Positions 9,379 to 17,903 of a stretch of DNA of 29,812 nucleotides are shown one piece after another. Made by a program: the position numbers and the translations under genes. This DNA is from a bacterium (GTDB lineage Bacteria > Zhuqueibacterota > Zhuqueibacteria > Oceanimicrobiales > Oceanimicrobiaceae), in contig JBBIIG010000051.1 in the NCBI GenBank assembly GCA_037446635.1, positions 1 to 29,812 of the forward strand. Reading direction: 5' to 3'. The notes under the pieces were generated by a model, which worked only from the letters and a program-made list of their open reading frames with translations, did not search any database and had not been told where the DNA came from. Position 1 is the first letter of the stretch. Each line of letters begins with the position of its first letter.

Positions 9379-11262
9379 TTATCGCAGCAACAGCATCTTA
9401 CGCACTTGACTTTGTCCGCCTGATTCCAGTTGATAGACATAAACTCCGGAAGGCAGCTCACTGGAATCGAAGGTAACCCGGTAGGAGCCGGCGGACAAGT
9501 TATCATTCACTAGAGTCGCCACGTGCTGCCCCAACAAATTGAAAACCTTGAGAACCACTTGCCCGGACTGATTCAGATCAAAACGGATTTCCGTGGTGGG
9601 ATTGAAGGGATTGGGAAAATTCTGGAACAGAACGAAGTCATCGGGCAGCACACCCTCCTCAATGCGTTCCACGCTGGTGATGACATCCGGCGAATTCACT
9701 TGACCGCGAATTTCTCCAGGCGCGTTCGCGGCCGTGTGCACGTTGACGTAGATGTTACCCGCTAACAACTCGCTAACCATAGCCGGGGAAAGGGGTTCAG
9801 CATCATCCGCTTTCCAGACACCAGCCGCGGTGTGGCCGACGAAATCATCTAAAATCGTGCGCACCGGCGGACCCTGCACCCCGGGCGCGCCGTTATGAAA
9901 ATGGGCGTTGGTTATGTTGCCAGTCAAATCGCACACCGTGATATCGAACTTCAATTCCGTCATCGGGGCATTGAGCCAGAACGCGCCGGTGCCAGTGCCG
10001 GACGAAGGGAATTCCACTGGCGGCACTTCCTGATCGCTATTGAGAACAGCGCCAAAACCGCGATCGCCAATTTGCCCGCGAACTTCACCCGCCGGATTGG
10101 CGGCGGTGTGAACGTTGAGATAGAGGTTGCCTTTCAAAAGCTCGGTCACCAATTCTGAAGTCAGCGGCTCTGATAAGTCCGTGCTCTGCCATTTTCCGGA
10201 GGCCGTGTTGCCGTCAAAATCGCCGGTGAGGGTGCGCACCGGTACGCCGGCGACGCCGGGCGCGGCGCGGTGAAAATGGGCCAGGGTGATGGGTCCCGTC
10301 AAACCGGTCACCGTGATGTTGAAATCCAATTCTGTGAACGAATCATCCAGTGAAATGGCGGCCGTGCCGGTGGCCTGCGACGGCGTTCCTACCGCGGGCA
10401 CCTCCTGATTCACAGTCATCTGCGCGGTAAAATGAATGCCGGTATCGAGAATGACCTGGCCGCGAATCTCCCCCTGCGGATTGTCGGCGGTGTGCACATT
10501 AACGTAAATGTTTCCATCCAGAAGCGCCTGAACCAAGTCCTCCGTCAGCGGTTCGTCATCGCTGCTTCGCCAGTAGCCGGAGGCGGTATTGCCGACGAAA
10601 TCGTTCGTGAGGGTGCGCACCGGGGGGCCGGCTTCTCCGGGCGGGCCTTGGTGAAAATGCGCCAGCATGATCGGCCCGGTGAGATTATCCACCGTGATAT
10701 CAAATCGCAGCTCGGTCATCGCCGGGTTGAGGGAAAACGACCCGGTGCCGGAGGCGGAAGACGGCGTGGGCGGGCTGGGCACCTCCTGTGTGATATCCAT
10801 CACCGCAGTGAAACCCAAATTCCCGATTTGTCCGCGAATTTCACCGGAGGGGTTGGCGCTGGTATGCACGTTGACATAAATTTCACCCTCGAACAGCGCC
10901 GACAGCAACTCGGAAGTCAGCGGCTCCGAGTCGGTGCTTTTCCACACGCCAATAGCCGTATTGCCATCAAAGTCGTTAGTGATGGTGCGCACCGGCGGCC
11001 CCGCGCTCCCCACGCGATCGCGGTGAAAGTGCGCCAGCGTGATCGGCCCGGTTAAATCGCACACGGTGATAAAGAATTGCAGCTCAGTCATGTCATCGTT
11101 TAAAATAAAAAAGCCGGTACCGGTGGCGTTCGTGGGCGTCGCCACCGCCGGCACCTCCTGATTAAACGTCAACTGGGTGGAATAAAAAATTTGCGCGACG
11201 CCGCTGGTAGCCGAGAATGCGATCAAACCCGTCAAGAGAAAAACAATTAACCATTGTTTCAT
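9379..11262 (-). CDS. Secreted protein with 4 tandem CHRD domains and a T9SS/FlgD-like C-terminal domain
   Basis: Signal peptide; four ~125-aa repeats each with QEVP...TG.G, AHFH, G..YVNVHT..NP.GE(I/V)RGQ; C-terminal FQNFPNPFNP...GVYVYQL...RKMLLLR; GGAGG SD. Confidence 0.9.
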   Translation of the reverse strand: MKQWLIVFLLTGLIAFSATSGVAQIFYSTQLTFNQEVPAVATPTNATGTGFFILNDDMTELQFFITVCDLTGPITLAHFHRDRVGSAGPPVRTITNDFDGNTAIGVWKSTDSEPLTSELLSALFEGEIYVNVHTSANPSGEIRGQIGNLGFTAVMDITQEVPSPPTPSSASGTGSFSLNPAMTELRFDITVDNLTGPIMLAHFHQGPPGEAGPPVRTLTNDFVGNTASGYWRSSDDEPLTEDLVQALLDGNIYVNVHTADNPQGEIRGQVILDTGIHFTAQMTVNQEVPAVGTPSQATGTAAISLDDSFTELDFNITVTGLTGPITLAHFHRAAPGVAGVPVRTLTGDFDGNTASGKWQSTDLSEPLTSELVTELLKGNLYLNVHTAANPAGEVRGQIGDRGFGAVLNSDQEVPPVEFPSSGTGTGAFWLNAPMTELKFDITVCDLTGNITNAHFHNGAPGVQGPPVRTILDDFVGHTAAGVWKADDAEPLSPAMVSELLAGNIYVNVHTAANAPGEIRGQVNSPDVITSVERIEEGVLPDDFVLFQNFPNPFNPTTEIRFDLNQSGQVVLKVFNLLGQHVATLVNDNLSAGSYRVTFDSSELPSGVYVYQLESGGQSQVRKMLLLR

Positions 11263-11298
11263 GATGTACCCTCCAATTTATTTGGTTAGAATTAGCTT

Positions 11299-11331
11299 AA
11301 CCCTGACAGGGTTCGGAACCCTGTCAGGGTT
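11299..11331. repeat. REP-like doubly palindromic element
   Basis: AACCCTGACAGGGTT-CGG-AACCCTGTCAGGGTT; the halves are reverse complements and each half is itself palindromic. Confidence 0.85.
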
Positions 11332-11345
11332 GTGCTGGAAAGAAA

Positions 11346-11822
11346 TCAATACCCGCCGCCATCGTCGCCGCCGCTCGGTGGATCATTTTGTTGGCCGCGG
11401 GCGGCGCCGTTGTTGATCCAATCGCGAATGGCGTTCAACTCCTGCGAACTGAGCGGCGGCCCTCCTTTCGGCATCGGCTCTCCGTCGATGTTAGGCGCGC
11501 CTTCCAATTTGTGCATGAGATAGCTTTGGCTGGCGTCGTTGGGGGCCACGCGTTTCAAAGCCGGCCGTTGCACGGAATTGACGTTGACGAGATTGGTGAA
11601 TGAGGCGTCGGCACTCTGCAGCGTCATCGGCGCCAGGCCGCCGTTAACGTGGCAGCCGGAGAGCGCGCACTTGGGGCTGAAAATATTCGCTTGAATGCTG
11701 GACAACGTTGGTTCCAGCGCACCGCCAGATTGCTCCGTGGGGTTGGAACTGCACGACAGGCCGCTCAAAAGCATCACCACCCACCAAGCTGATAAACCAC
11801 GATAAATGAATCGATACAACAC
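11346..11822 (-). CDS. Putative monoheme cytochrome c-like lipoprotein (CX4CH)
   Basis: Preferred start GTG at 11822 with GAGGAG SD; lipobox-like GLS-C; IF..KCALSGCH; MPKGGPPLS..E...IRDWINNGA resembles PSCyt1-like cytochrome domains. Confidence 0.7.
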   Translation of the reverse strand: MLYRFIYRGLSAWWVVMLLSGLSCSSNPTEQSGGALEPTLSSIQANIFSPKCALSGCHVNGGLAPMTLQSADASFTNLVNVNSVQRPALKRVAPNDASQSYLMHKLEGAPNIDGEPMPKGGPPLSSQELNAIRDWINNGAARGQQNDPPSGGDDGGGY

Positions 11823-11909
11823 AGGCGACTCCTCTTTTTGAGGTAAGTAAAAACGGTTGTTCAACGAACCACTCAAGATGTGATGAAATCGAAGCCTCAT
11901 CGAAAATAA

Positions 11910-11924
11910 ACAAGCCGTGTGCCA
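11910..11924 (-). promoter_or_regulatory. Putative sigma54 (-24/-12) promoter
   Basis: TGGCAC-ACGGC-TTGT; -12 is GT rather than GC. IHF-like TTTCAATCGCTTG at 11974-11962. Confidence 0.55.
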
Positions 11925-12082
11925 GCCGGTATGGAGAAAAATGAGGACGCCGCCGAAAACACAAGCGATTGAAATTCAGTCGATTAGAAAAGTTGGATGG
12001 GGTGGGGCAAAATGGCGGGGATTCGGCTCGATGAAGAAAACTGCAATCGCGCGGGAAACCGAGTTGCAATTACTGCAATCCG

Positions 12083-13423
12083 CTAATCCTGCAGCCGGCT
12101 CTGCAAAGTGCGAAAATTGATACCGAGAATTTTGCAGGTCTCTTTTTTGTTTCCACCCTGTTCGTAAAAAACCATGCGGGCGTAAAGCCGGATCAGCTCG
12201 GCCTCCGATAGTTGTTTTTGAAACGCCTCTTTTAGCAAACCCACTTCTTTTTCTTGATCCAAATAAACCAGACAATCGGGGGTGAGAGATGCGTCGTTGC
12301 AAATAATCACCGCCCGTTCCATCACGTTTTCCAGCTCGCGGACGTTGCCCGGCCAGTGGTAGCGCATCAGAATCTCCAACGCCGGCGACGTCAAACCGGT
12401 GACCGTTTTGCGAAAACGCGCGGCATATTTTTCGATGAAATGCTGCGCCAGCAGCGGAATGTCTTCCACGCGACTTCGCAGCGGCGCCAGCACGATGGGC
12501 ATGACGTTGAGCCGGTAAAACAAATCTTCGCGGAACGCGCCCGCGCGGATGGCGTCCAGTAAATTTTTGTTGGTCGCCGAAATCACCCGAATGTCAACTT
12601 TGATGGTTTCGGTTCCACCGACGCGCTCGAATTCTTTCTCCTGCAGAACCCGCAGCAACTTCGCTTGCGTTGAAAGGGGAATATCCGCTACCTCGTCCAA
12701 AAACAGCGTGCCCTGGTGCGCCAGCTCGAAACGCCCCAACTTTTGTTTGATGGCGCCGGTGAATGCGCCGCGCTCGTGGCCGAACAGCTCGCTTTCCAAA
12801 AGCGACTCCGTGAGCGCCGCGCAGTTGATGGAAATAAACGGCTTGTCTTTGCGGGGGCTATTATAATGAATGGCTTTGGCCACCAGCTCTTTGCCGGTGC
12901 CAGTCTCCCCCTGAATCAAAACGGCGGCGTCGGTTTCGGCCACGCGCGGGATGAGTTTAAAAATCGACTGCAGGTTGGCGCTTTTGCCGATGAGGTTGCC
13001 GAAGGTGTATTTCTCCGCCAGCTCGGCGCGCAGCCGGCTGAGCTCCTGATAATTTTTCTTTTTTTCGAGGACGCGCTGAATTTTCAACAGCAGCTCGTCG
13101 CTGCTGCAGGGCTTGGTCAAATAATCCTCGGCGCCGGCCTTCATGGCCTCCACCGCGGAGTTGACGCTGGCGAAACCGGTGATCATCACCACCGGCGTTT
13201 GCGGCGCCCAGCTTTTCACGAAATTCAAAAAGGCCAGGCCGTTTTTGCCGGCCATCACTAAGTCCGTCAAAACCAAATCAAACTCGCGCTGGCGCAGCTT
13301 TTCTTCGGCGCGTTCCGCCGAATCCGCGATCTCCACCTCATAATTATTATCTGTCAGCAGCGACCGCGTGATGGTTTGAAAGGTGGGGTCGTCATCCACC
13401 AGCAAAATTTTCTCGGAAATCAT
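12083..13423 (-). CDS. sigma54-dependent response regulator (NtrC family: REC-AAA+-HTH)
   Basis: ILLVDDD, DLVLTD, GETGTGKE, ESELFGHERGAFTGA, GTLFLDEV, FREDLFYRLNV, WPGNVREL, Fis-type HTH. Start is ATG 13423 or TTG 13438. Confidence 0.95.
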   Translation of the reverse strand: MISEKILLVDDDPTFQTITRSLLTDNNYEVEIADSAERAEEKLRQREFDLVLTDLVMAGKNGLAFLNFVKSWAPQTPVVMITGFASVNSAVEAMKAGAEDYLTKPCSSDELLLKIQRVLEKKKNYQELSRLRAELAEKYTFGNLIGKSANLQSIFKLIPRVAETDAAVLIQGETGTGKELVAKAIHYNSPRKDKPFISINCAALTESLLESELFGHERGAFTGAIKQKLGRFELAHQGTLFLDEVADIPLSTQAKLLRVLQEKEFERVGGTETIKVDIRVISATNKNLLDAIRAGAFREDLFYRLNVMPIVLAPLRSRVEDIPLLAQHFIEKYAARFRKTVTGLTSPALEILMRYHWPGNVRELENVMERAVIICNDASLTPDCLVYLDQEKEVGLLKEAFQKQLSEAELIRLYARMVFYEQGGNKKETCKILGINFRTLQSRLQD

Positions 13424-13427
13424 TTTT

Positions 13428-14411
13428 TCAAATCTCAACCATTTTTGACGACGGCCGGACGGCGCACAGTATCACCTGCAAATCGCGAAAGGCTTCTGAA
13501 AACGGACTCGCCACCGGCTGCCCGGTGCAAATCGCCCGGAAAAAATCCTCGAACTCGGCAAGATAACTGGTGTCTTCCGGAATGGTTTCTTCCTCAACGT
13601 TCCTGCCCTGTCGATGAATTCTAATTGACTTGTTGTTCACAACTTCGATGGCGCCTTCGCGTCCCACAATTACCATCTCATTTTTGAATAAACCTTTGAC
13701 GCTCACAAAAATATTAAGCACCCCCTGAACGCCGCTGGCGGTTTCGAATTGAAAACTGAGCGAGTCGATATCGCCGAGATCCGGATTAACGGAGCGGGTA
13801 AATGACTGCCCGCGTACGACGTCGCCGAACATCAGCCGCAGCGCCGCAATGTTGTGCACGCCGCCATCGGTGATGAAGCCGCCGGGGAACCGATTTTCCA
13901 CGCGCCAGCCGGTTTGATAATATTTGTTGTTGGCATCCACCAGCCGAAAGACGTTCCAGAAAACAGAAAGCGGCTCTCCGATCCTCCCCTCGTCCATCAA
14001 AATTTTGAGTCGTAAAAATGCCGGATGATAGCGAAAATTTTCCGCCACCATTTTCACTTGCGGGAAATGGCGATCCAACTCCAACATGCGTCGCGCATCT
14101 GCTAAATCGTGGGCGAGGGGTTTTTCCACGATCACGTGTTTGCCGGCCGCCAGCGCCGCGCGGGTGATTTCATAATTCAAGTTGTAAGGCACAGCGATGT
14201 CCACCGCCTCGATGTCCGTGTTCAACAGTTCGCGGTAATCGGCGACGAACGGCGTTCCACCGAGAAGGTCCGAGCATTCTTTCGCTTTCGGCTCGTTGAT
14301 GTTGCACACCGAAATGACTTCAAACTTGTTTTTTAGTTTAAGGAGCGCCGGCGCGTGCAGCTTTTGCGTGGCAATGCCGCAGCCGATGATGCCCAATTTT
14401 ACCGGTTTCAT
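13428..14411 (-). CDS. Gfo/Idh/MocA family oxidoreductase
   Basis: GIIGCG Rossmann motif, AGKHVIVEKP, ENFRY, DGGVH; ATG 14411 overlaps the yciH TGA. Confidence 0.92.
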   Translation of the reverse strand: MKPVKLGIIGCGIATQKLHAPALLKLKNKFEVISVCNINEPKAKECSDLLGGTPFVADYRELLNTDIEAVDIAVPYNLNYEITRAALAAGKHVIVEKPLAHDLADARRMLELDRHFPQVKMVAENFRYHPAFLRLKILMDEGRIGEPLSVFWNVFRLVDANNKYYQTGWRVENRFPGGFITDGGVHNIAALRLMFGDVVRGQSFTRSVNPDLGDIDSLSFQFETASGVQGVLNIFVSVKGLFKNEMVIVGREGAIEVVNNKSIRIHRQGRNVEEETIPEDTSYLAEFEDFFRAICTGQPVASPFSEAFRDLQVILCAVRPSSKMVEI

Positions 14412-14761
14412 CGCCATCCCCCTCCGGCCTTTTTCGCGCGATACCCGGCGTCAGCGAGAATCGCGATGACTTTCTCCCGCACATCTCCTTGAATCAAAAT
14501 CGCGCCGTCTTTCACCGAGCCGCCGGCGCCGCATTTGGTTTTCAGGGTTCGCGCGAGTTCATTCAAATCTTCGCTGACGCCGACAAATCCTGTAACGAGC
14601 GTGACCGTTTTGCCGCCGCGCTGCTTTTTATCCAGCCAGACTTGGAGGTTTTGCTGGCCCGGCGGAAGCGTTGCGGGTTCGTCGGGTGACGGCGGTTCCG
14701 GTTTGAAGTCCGGATTGGTTGAGTAAACGGTGCGGCTTCTTTCAGATCTGGATTGGCTCAT
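14408..14761 (-). CDS. yciH: Translation initiation factor SUI1/YciH
   Basis: VYSTNPDF, RGGKTVTLV.G, LKTKCGAGGSVKDG.I.IQGD. Confidence 0.93.
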   Translation of the reverse strand: MSQSRSERSRTVYSTNPDFKPEPPSPDEPATLPPGQQNLQVWLDKKQRGGKTVTLVTGFVGVSEDLNELARTLKTKCGAGGSVKDGAILIQGDVREKVIAILADAGYRAKKAGGGWR

Positions 14762-14789
14762 TTTTTTTCACTCTCGTCGTGCTGCCGCT

Positions 14790-14853
14790 GCAGGCTACAG
14801 CTCGCGGCTACCAATGTGAAAACGTTTACTAACCTGTGAAGTTTAGTAAACGT
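14790..14853. repeat. GTAG-type REP-like unit plus an AT-rich hairpin in the yciH leader
   Basis: Minus strand GTAGCCGCGAGCTGTAGCCTGC; ACGTTTACTAA-N10-TTAGTAAACGT at 14822-14853. Confidence 0.5.
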
Positions 14854-14866
14854 AAATGTCGCCATG

Positions 14867-14895
14867 ATTTTAATTATTCTTTGTCAAACAAGCAA
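14867..14895 (-). promoter_or_regulatory. sigma70 promoter for the yciH operon
   Basis: TTGCTT (14895-14890), 17 nt, TAAAAT (14872-14867). Confidence 0.6.
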
Positions 14896-14938
14896 TGAGA
14901 AAAAAACCACACGTGACTCATAGCCATATATTTTCTTT

Positions 14939-14967
14939 TTGATTTACATCATCAAATTTAGTATTAT
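14939..14967 (+). promoter_or_regulatory. Divergent sigma70 promoter facing the small ORF and ligD
   Basis: TTGATT (14939-14944), 17 nt, TATTAT (14962-14967). Confidence 0.6.
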
Positions 14968-14983
14968 CCGAAAAAAAGACGCG

Positions 14984-15154
14984 ATGGAAACATCAGCTAA
15001 AAAAAACAAAAGACAGGGCGCAATTCCGCCAAAGGTCAGCCAGCAATCAAAAATAAAGAAAGGATTTTTCGAAAGGCTGGCTGGGTTCGCTGGGACGAAA
15101 GGCAAAATGCTCAAGTCGCTGATGAAATCCAAGAAAATTGAGCGCGAGATTTAG
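14984..15154 (+). CDS. 56-aa basic protein, degenerate AbrB/MazE-type antitoxin-like
   Basis: METS....RQGAIPPKV....KIKKG resembles the AbrB KGQIVIP.KIR...GIKKG start; the tail FFERLAG..GTKGKMLKSLM..KK.ERE resembles antitoxin C-termini; promoter upstream. Confidence 0.5.
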   Translation: METSAKKNKRQGAIPPKVSQQSKIKKGFFERLAGFAGTKGKMLKSLMKSKKIEREI

Positions 15155-15164
15155 CGTCGGAAAG

Positions 15165-15263
15165 TTCCCTCATTTTCGTTTTTTAAAATGAGGGAGGTCA
15201 GCTGGAGGTCCCGACCCCCTCCCGGCCTCCCCCAAATTCTAAAAAGCGGAATTTGGGGGAGGA
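15165..15263 (+). repeat. Two-hairpin REP-like element (copy 1; inverted homolog at 28676-28767)
   Basis: TCCCTCATTTT...AAAATGAGGGA then CCTCCCCCAAATT...AATTTGGGGGAGG. Confidence 0.8.
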
Positions 15264-15290
15264 AACTCGAACACACTATAAAAGTCTGCA

Positions 15291-17615
15291 ATGCGTCGCA
15301 CCGCCCAAAACGTCCAAGTCGGCAAACGCAAGATCGAGCTTTCGAATCTCGAAAAGGTGCTGTTTCCCGACGACCATTTTTTGAAGGCCGAACTGATTCA
15401 ATATTATCTGAAAATCGCGCCGACCATTTTGGCGCATATCAAGGGACGGCCGCTGTCGCTGGTGCGCTATCCGGATGGCATTTACGGCGAGAAGTTTTAT
15501 CAAAAAAATCGGCCGGAGTGGGCGCCCGAATGGATTGAATATGTGACGCTCGGCGAAGAGGCGAAAGATTACATCCTCGCCACCGAAGAGGCGTCGCTGG
15601 TGTGGCTCGCCAATCTCGCGTGCATCGAGCTGCATCAGATGCACTCTCGCAAACCGCACTACGAGCAACCCGATTATTTCGTCTTCGATCTCGATCCTCC
15701 CGAAAATTATTCTTTCCCTGGCGTCGTGGAGATCGCCCTCGCCTTGCGCGAGCACATCGAAAGTTTTGGTTATCATCCGTTTGTGAAAACTACCGGCGGC
15801 AAAGGACTGCACGTGCTCTGCCCCATCGAGCCAAAGTGGGATTTTCACACCGCGTTCGAAGCGTCGCAGGCCATCGCCAAACCGTTCGTCGAGGCGCACG
15901 CCAAAGAGACGACGCTGCACATCAAAAAAGATGCCCGCAAGGGCAAAGTGCTGGTGGATATTTATCGCAACCGCGGCGGCCAGTCGATTGTCTCGGCGTA
16001 CAGCGTGCGCGGCCGCGTCGGCGCGCCGGTATCGATGCCACTGAGCTGGGAAGAACTCGCGGAAACCAGCAGTCCTGCGGAATGGAACATGCAAACCGTC
16101 ATCGAGAAAGTTATCGCCGATGGCGATGCGTGGGAGGCGATCGGCGCGTATGCCGTGGCGCTGCACACGGAGCGCAAAGCCGCGAAAACGGTGAAGCCGC
16201 TGCCGCCGTCGCGAAAGCGCAAAACGCCGGAAGCCCTCAAATCTTATGAAAAAAAACGCAGTTTCGAAAAGACGCCGGAGCCGCGCCCGCACGTGGTGGC
16301 CGGGGAAGGCAATGCGTTCGTGGTGCATCGCCATCACGCCTCGCGGTTGCATTATGATCTGCGTTTAGAAAAAGATGGCACGCTCAAATCGTGGGCCGTG
16401 CCGAAGGGACTGCCGCCGCGGCCGGGCATCAAACGGCTGGCGGTCGCTACCGAAGATCATCCGCTCGAATATTTGAATTTTGACGGCACAATTCCGAAAG
16501 GTCAATACGGCGGCGGGGAGATGTGGATTTTCGCACAGGGTAAATATGAAATCACCAAAGAGAAAAAAGACGGCTTCTACTTTCGACTCAACAGTCGCGA
16601 GTTGAACGCCGAGTATCGCATGTATCAAACGCGCGGCAACGAGTGGCTGCTCGAACGCGTCGATGCGCCGCAGGTGGACTGGCTGCGCGACCGCTTCGAG
16701 CCGATGCTGGCCAACAGCGACACCAAGCCGCCGACCTCCGACGATTATCTTTTTGAAGTGAAATGGGACGGCATCCGCGCCACGATTGTTTTGGATGAAG
16801 GCGAAATGCGCATTGTCAGCCGCGGCCACCGCGATGTCAGCAAGCAGTTTCCGGAACTGTTGATTCCGGATAAAGCCTTTCGCGCCGCTTGCGCCGTGTT
16901 CGATGCGGAAATCGTTTGCCTCGAAGATGACGGTCGACCCAGTTTCAGGCAGGTCATCAATCGACTTTTTCAGCGCAGCGAAGGCGGCATCGAGCGCGGG
17001 CGGCAAAAACATCCGGTGGTGTGCTACGTGTTCGACTGCCTCTATCTGGATGGCCGTCCCATCATGCACGAGCCGCTCACCAAGCGCCGCGAGTGGCTGG
17101 CCGACGCCATTCGCAAAGATACGCCGTATCGCGTCAGCGAAACGGTGGACGACGGGCAAGCATTATTCGAGGCCGCGAAATCGCTCGGACTCGAAGGAAT
17201 CATTGCAAAAGATCGCACGAGTGCGTATCTTCCGGGGAAGCGCAGCAGCACCTGGCTGAAGATCAAAACCCGTCAGACGATGGATTGCCTGATCATCGGT
17301 TACACCAAAGGCAAAGGCGATCGCGGCGCGCTGTTCGGTGCCCTGCACCTCGGACAATTTAGTGGCGAAGGACTCGACTACCGCGGCAAAGTAGGAACGG
17401 GATACGACACGGCGATGATGAAAAGCATTTTTGCGGAGATTCAAAAACTGCGACCGACAAAACGGATGATCAAACAGAAACCACTGGACGATGCGCAGAC
17501 GGTTTGGATTGAGCCCAAACTGCTGTGCGAAGTTCAATACGCATCAGTAACCAAAGACGGGATGCTGCGCGAGCCGGTGTTTTTGCGACTGCGGCCAGAT
17601 TTGATGGAAGAATAA
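15291..17615 (+). CDS. ligD: NHEJ DNA ligase D (polymerase - 3'-phosphoesterase - ATP-dependent ligase)
   Basis: POL: RYPDGI, FDLDP, KTTGGKGLHV. PE: FVVHRHHASRLHYDLRLE, SWAVPKG, TEDHP. LIG: FEVKWDG, EGIIAK, WLKIK, OB-fold LREPVF. Confidence 0.96.
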   Translation: MRRTAQNVQVGKRKIELSNLEKVLFPDDHFLKAELIQYYLKIAPTILAHIKGRPLSLVRYPDGIYGEKFYQKNRPEWAPEWIEYVTLGEEAKDYILATEEASLVWLANLACIELHQMHSRKPHYEQPDYFVFDLDPPENYSFPGVVEIALALREHIESFGYHPFVKTTGGKGLHVLCPIEPKWDFHTAFEASQAIAKPFVEAHAKETTLHIKKDARKGKVLVDIYRNRGGQSIVSAYSVRGRVGAPVSMPLSWEELAETSSPAEWNMQTVIEKVIADGDAWEAIGAYAVALHTERKAAKTVKPLPPSRKRKTPEALKSYEKKRSFEKTPEPRPHVVAGEGNAFVVHRHHASRLHYDLRLEKDGTLKSWAVPKGLPPRPGIKRLAVATEDHPLEYLNFDGTIPKGQYGGGEMWIFAQGKYEITKEKKDGFYFRLNSRELNAEYRMYQTRGNEWLLERVDAPQVDWLRDRFEPMLANSDTKPPTSDDYLFEVKWDGIRATIVLDEGEMRIVSRGHRDVSKQFPELLIPDKAFRAACAVFDAEIVCLEDDGRPSFRQVINRLFQRSEGGIERGRQKHPVVCYVFDCLYLDGRPIMHEPLTKRREWLADAIRKDTPYRVSETVDDGQALFEAAKSLGLEGIIAKDRTSAYLPGKRSSTWLKIKTRQTMDCLIIGYTKGKGDRGALFGALHLGQFSGEGLDYRGKVGTGYDTAMMKSIFAEIQKLRPTKRMIKQKPLDDAQTVWIEPKLLCEVQYASVTKDGMLREPVFLRLRPDLMEE

Positions 17616-17620
17616 AGCGA

Positions 17621-17870
17621 AACCACGAATTGCACGAATGACACGAATTGAAAAGTAATTTAACTGAGTACGCAAAGTTCACTGAGGTGATTTCACGATC
17701 AGCGCGTCATTTCTACGTGTCATTCAGGAGGAACCTTTTCATTAAGAGAGCAGATTGCGTTGCTAAACAAAAAAGGCTCCTCCTGAATAACATACACACT
17801 CACTTTGGTTCAATTCAAAAATAATTATCTGCCATTAAAAAAATTAGTGAAATTCGTGTCATTCGTGGTT
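17621..17870. repeat. Nested inverted-repeat element between ligD and ku
   Basis: Outer 29-bp IRs of 9-bp-periodic CACGAAT units (17621-17649 and 17842-17870). Inner IR TGTCATTCAGGAGGAACCTTTT / AAAAGGCTCCTCCTGAATAACA (17718-17739 and 17771-17792). Confidence 0.8.
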
Positions 17871-17903
17871 AAATTTGCTTTGAAACAAATAACGAGGTGA
17901 AAA

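Noticed and set aside
11823..11900. N-terminal extension of the cytochrome ORF to ATG 11900
   Set aside because: That ATG sits at about the predicted TSS and has no SD; GTG 11822 has GAGGAG and gives a normal lipoprotein signal length.
15276..17537. 358-aa and 264-aa minus-strand ORFs and alternate-frame ORFs within ligD
   Set aside because: Fully overlap a well-supported gene; typical GC-rich shadow ORFs with no motifs.
17621..17870. CRISPR-like appearance of periodic repeats (also 1960-2050)
   Set aside because: Units are 7-9 bp, arranged as inverted arrays, with no unique spacers and no cas genes.
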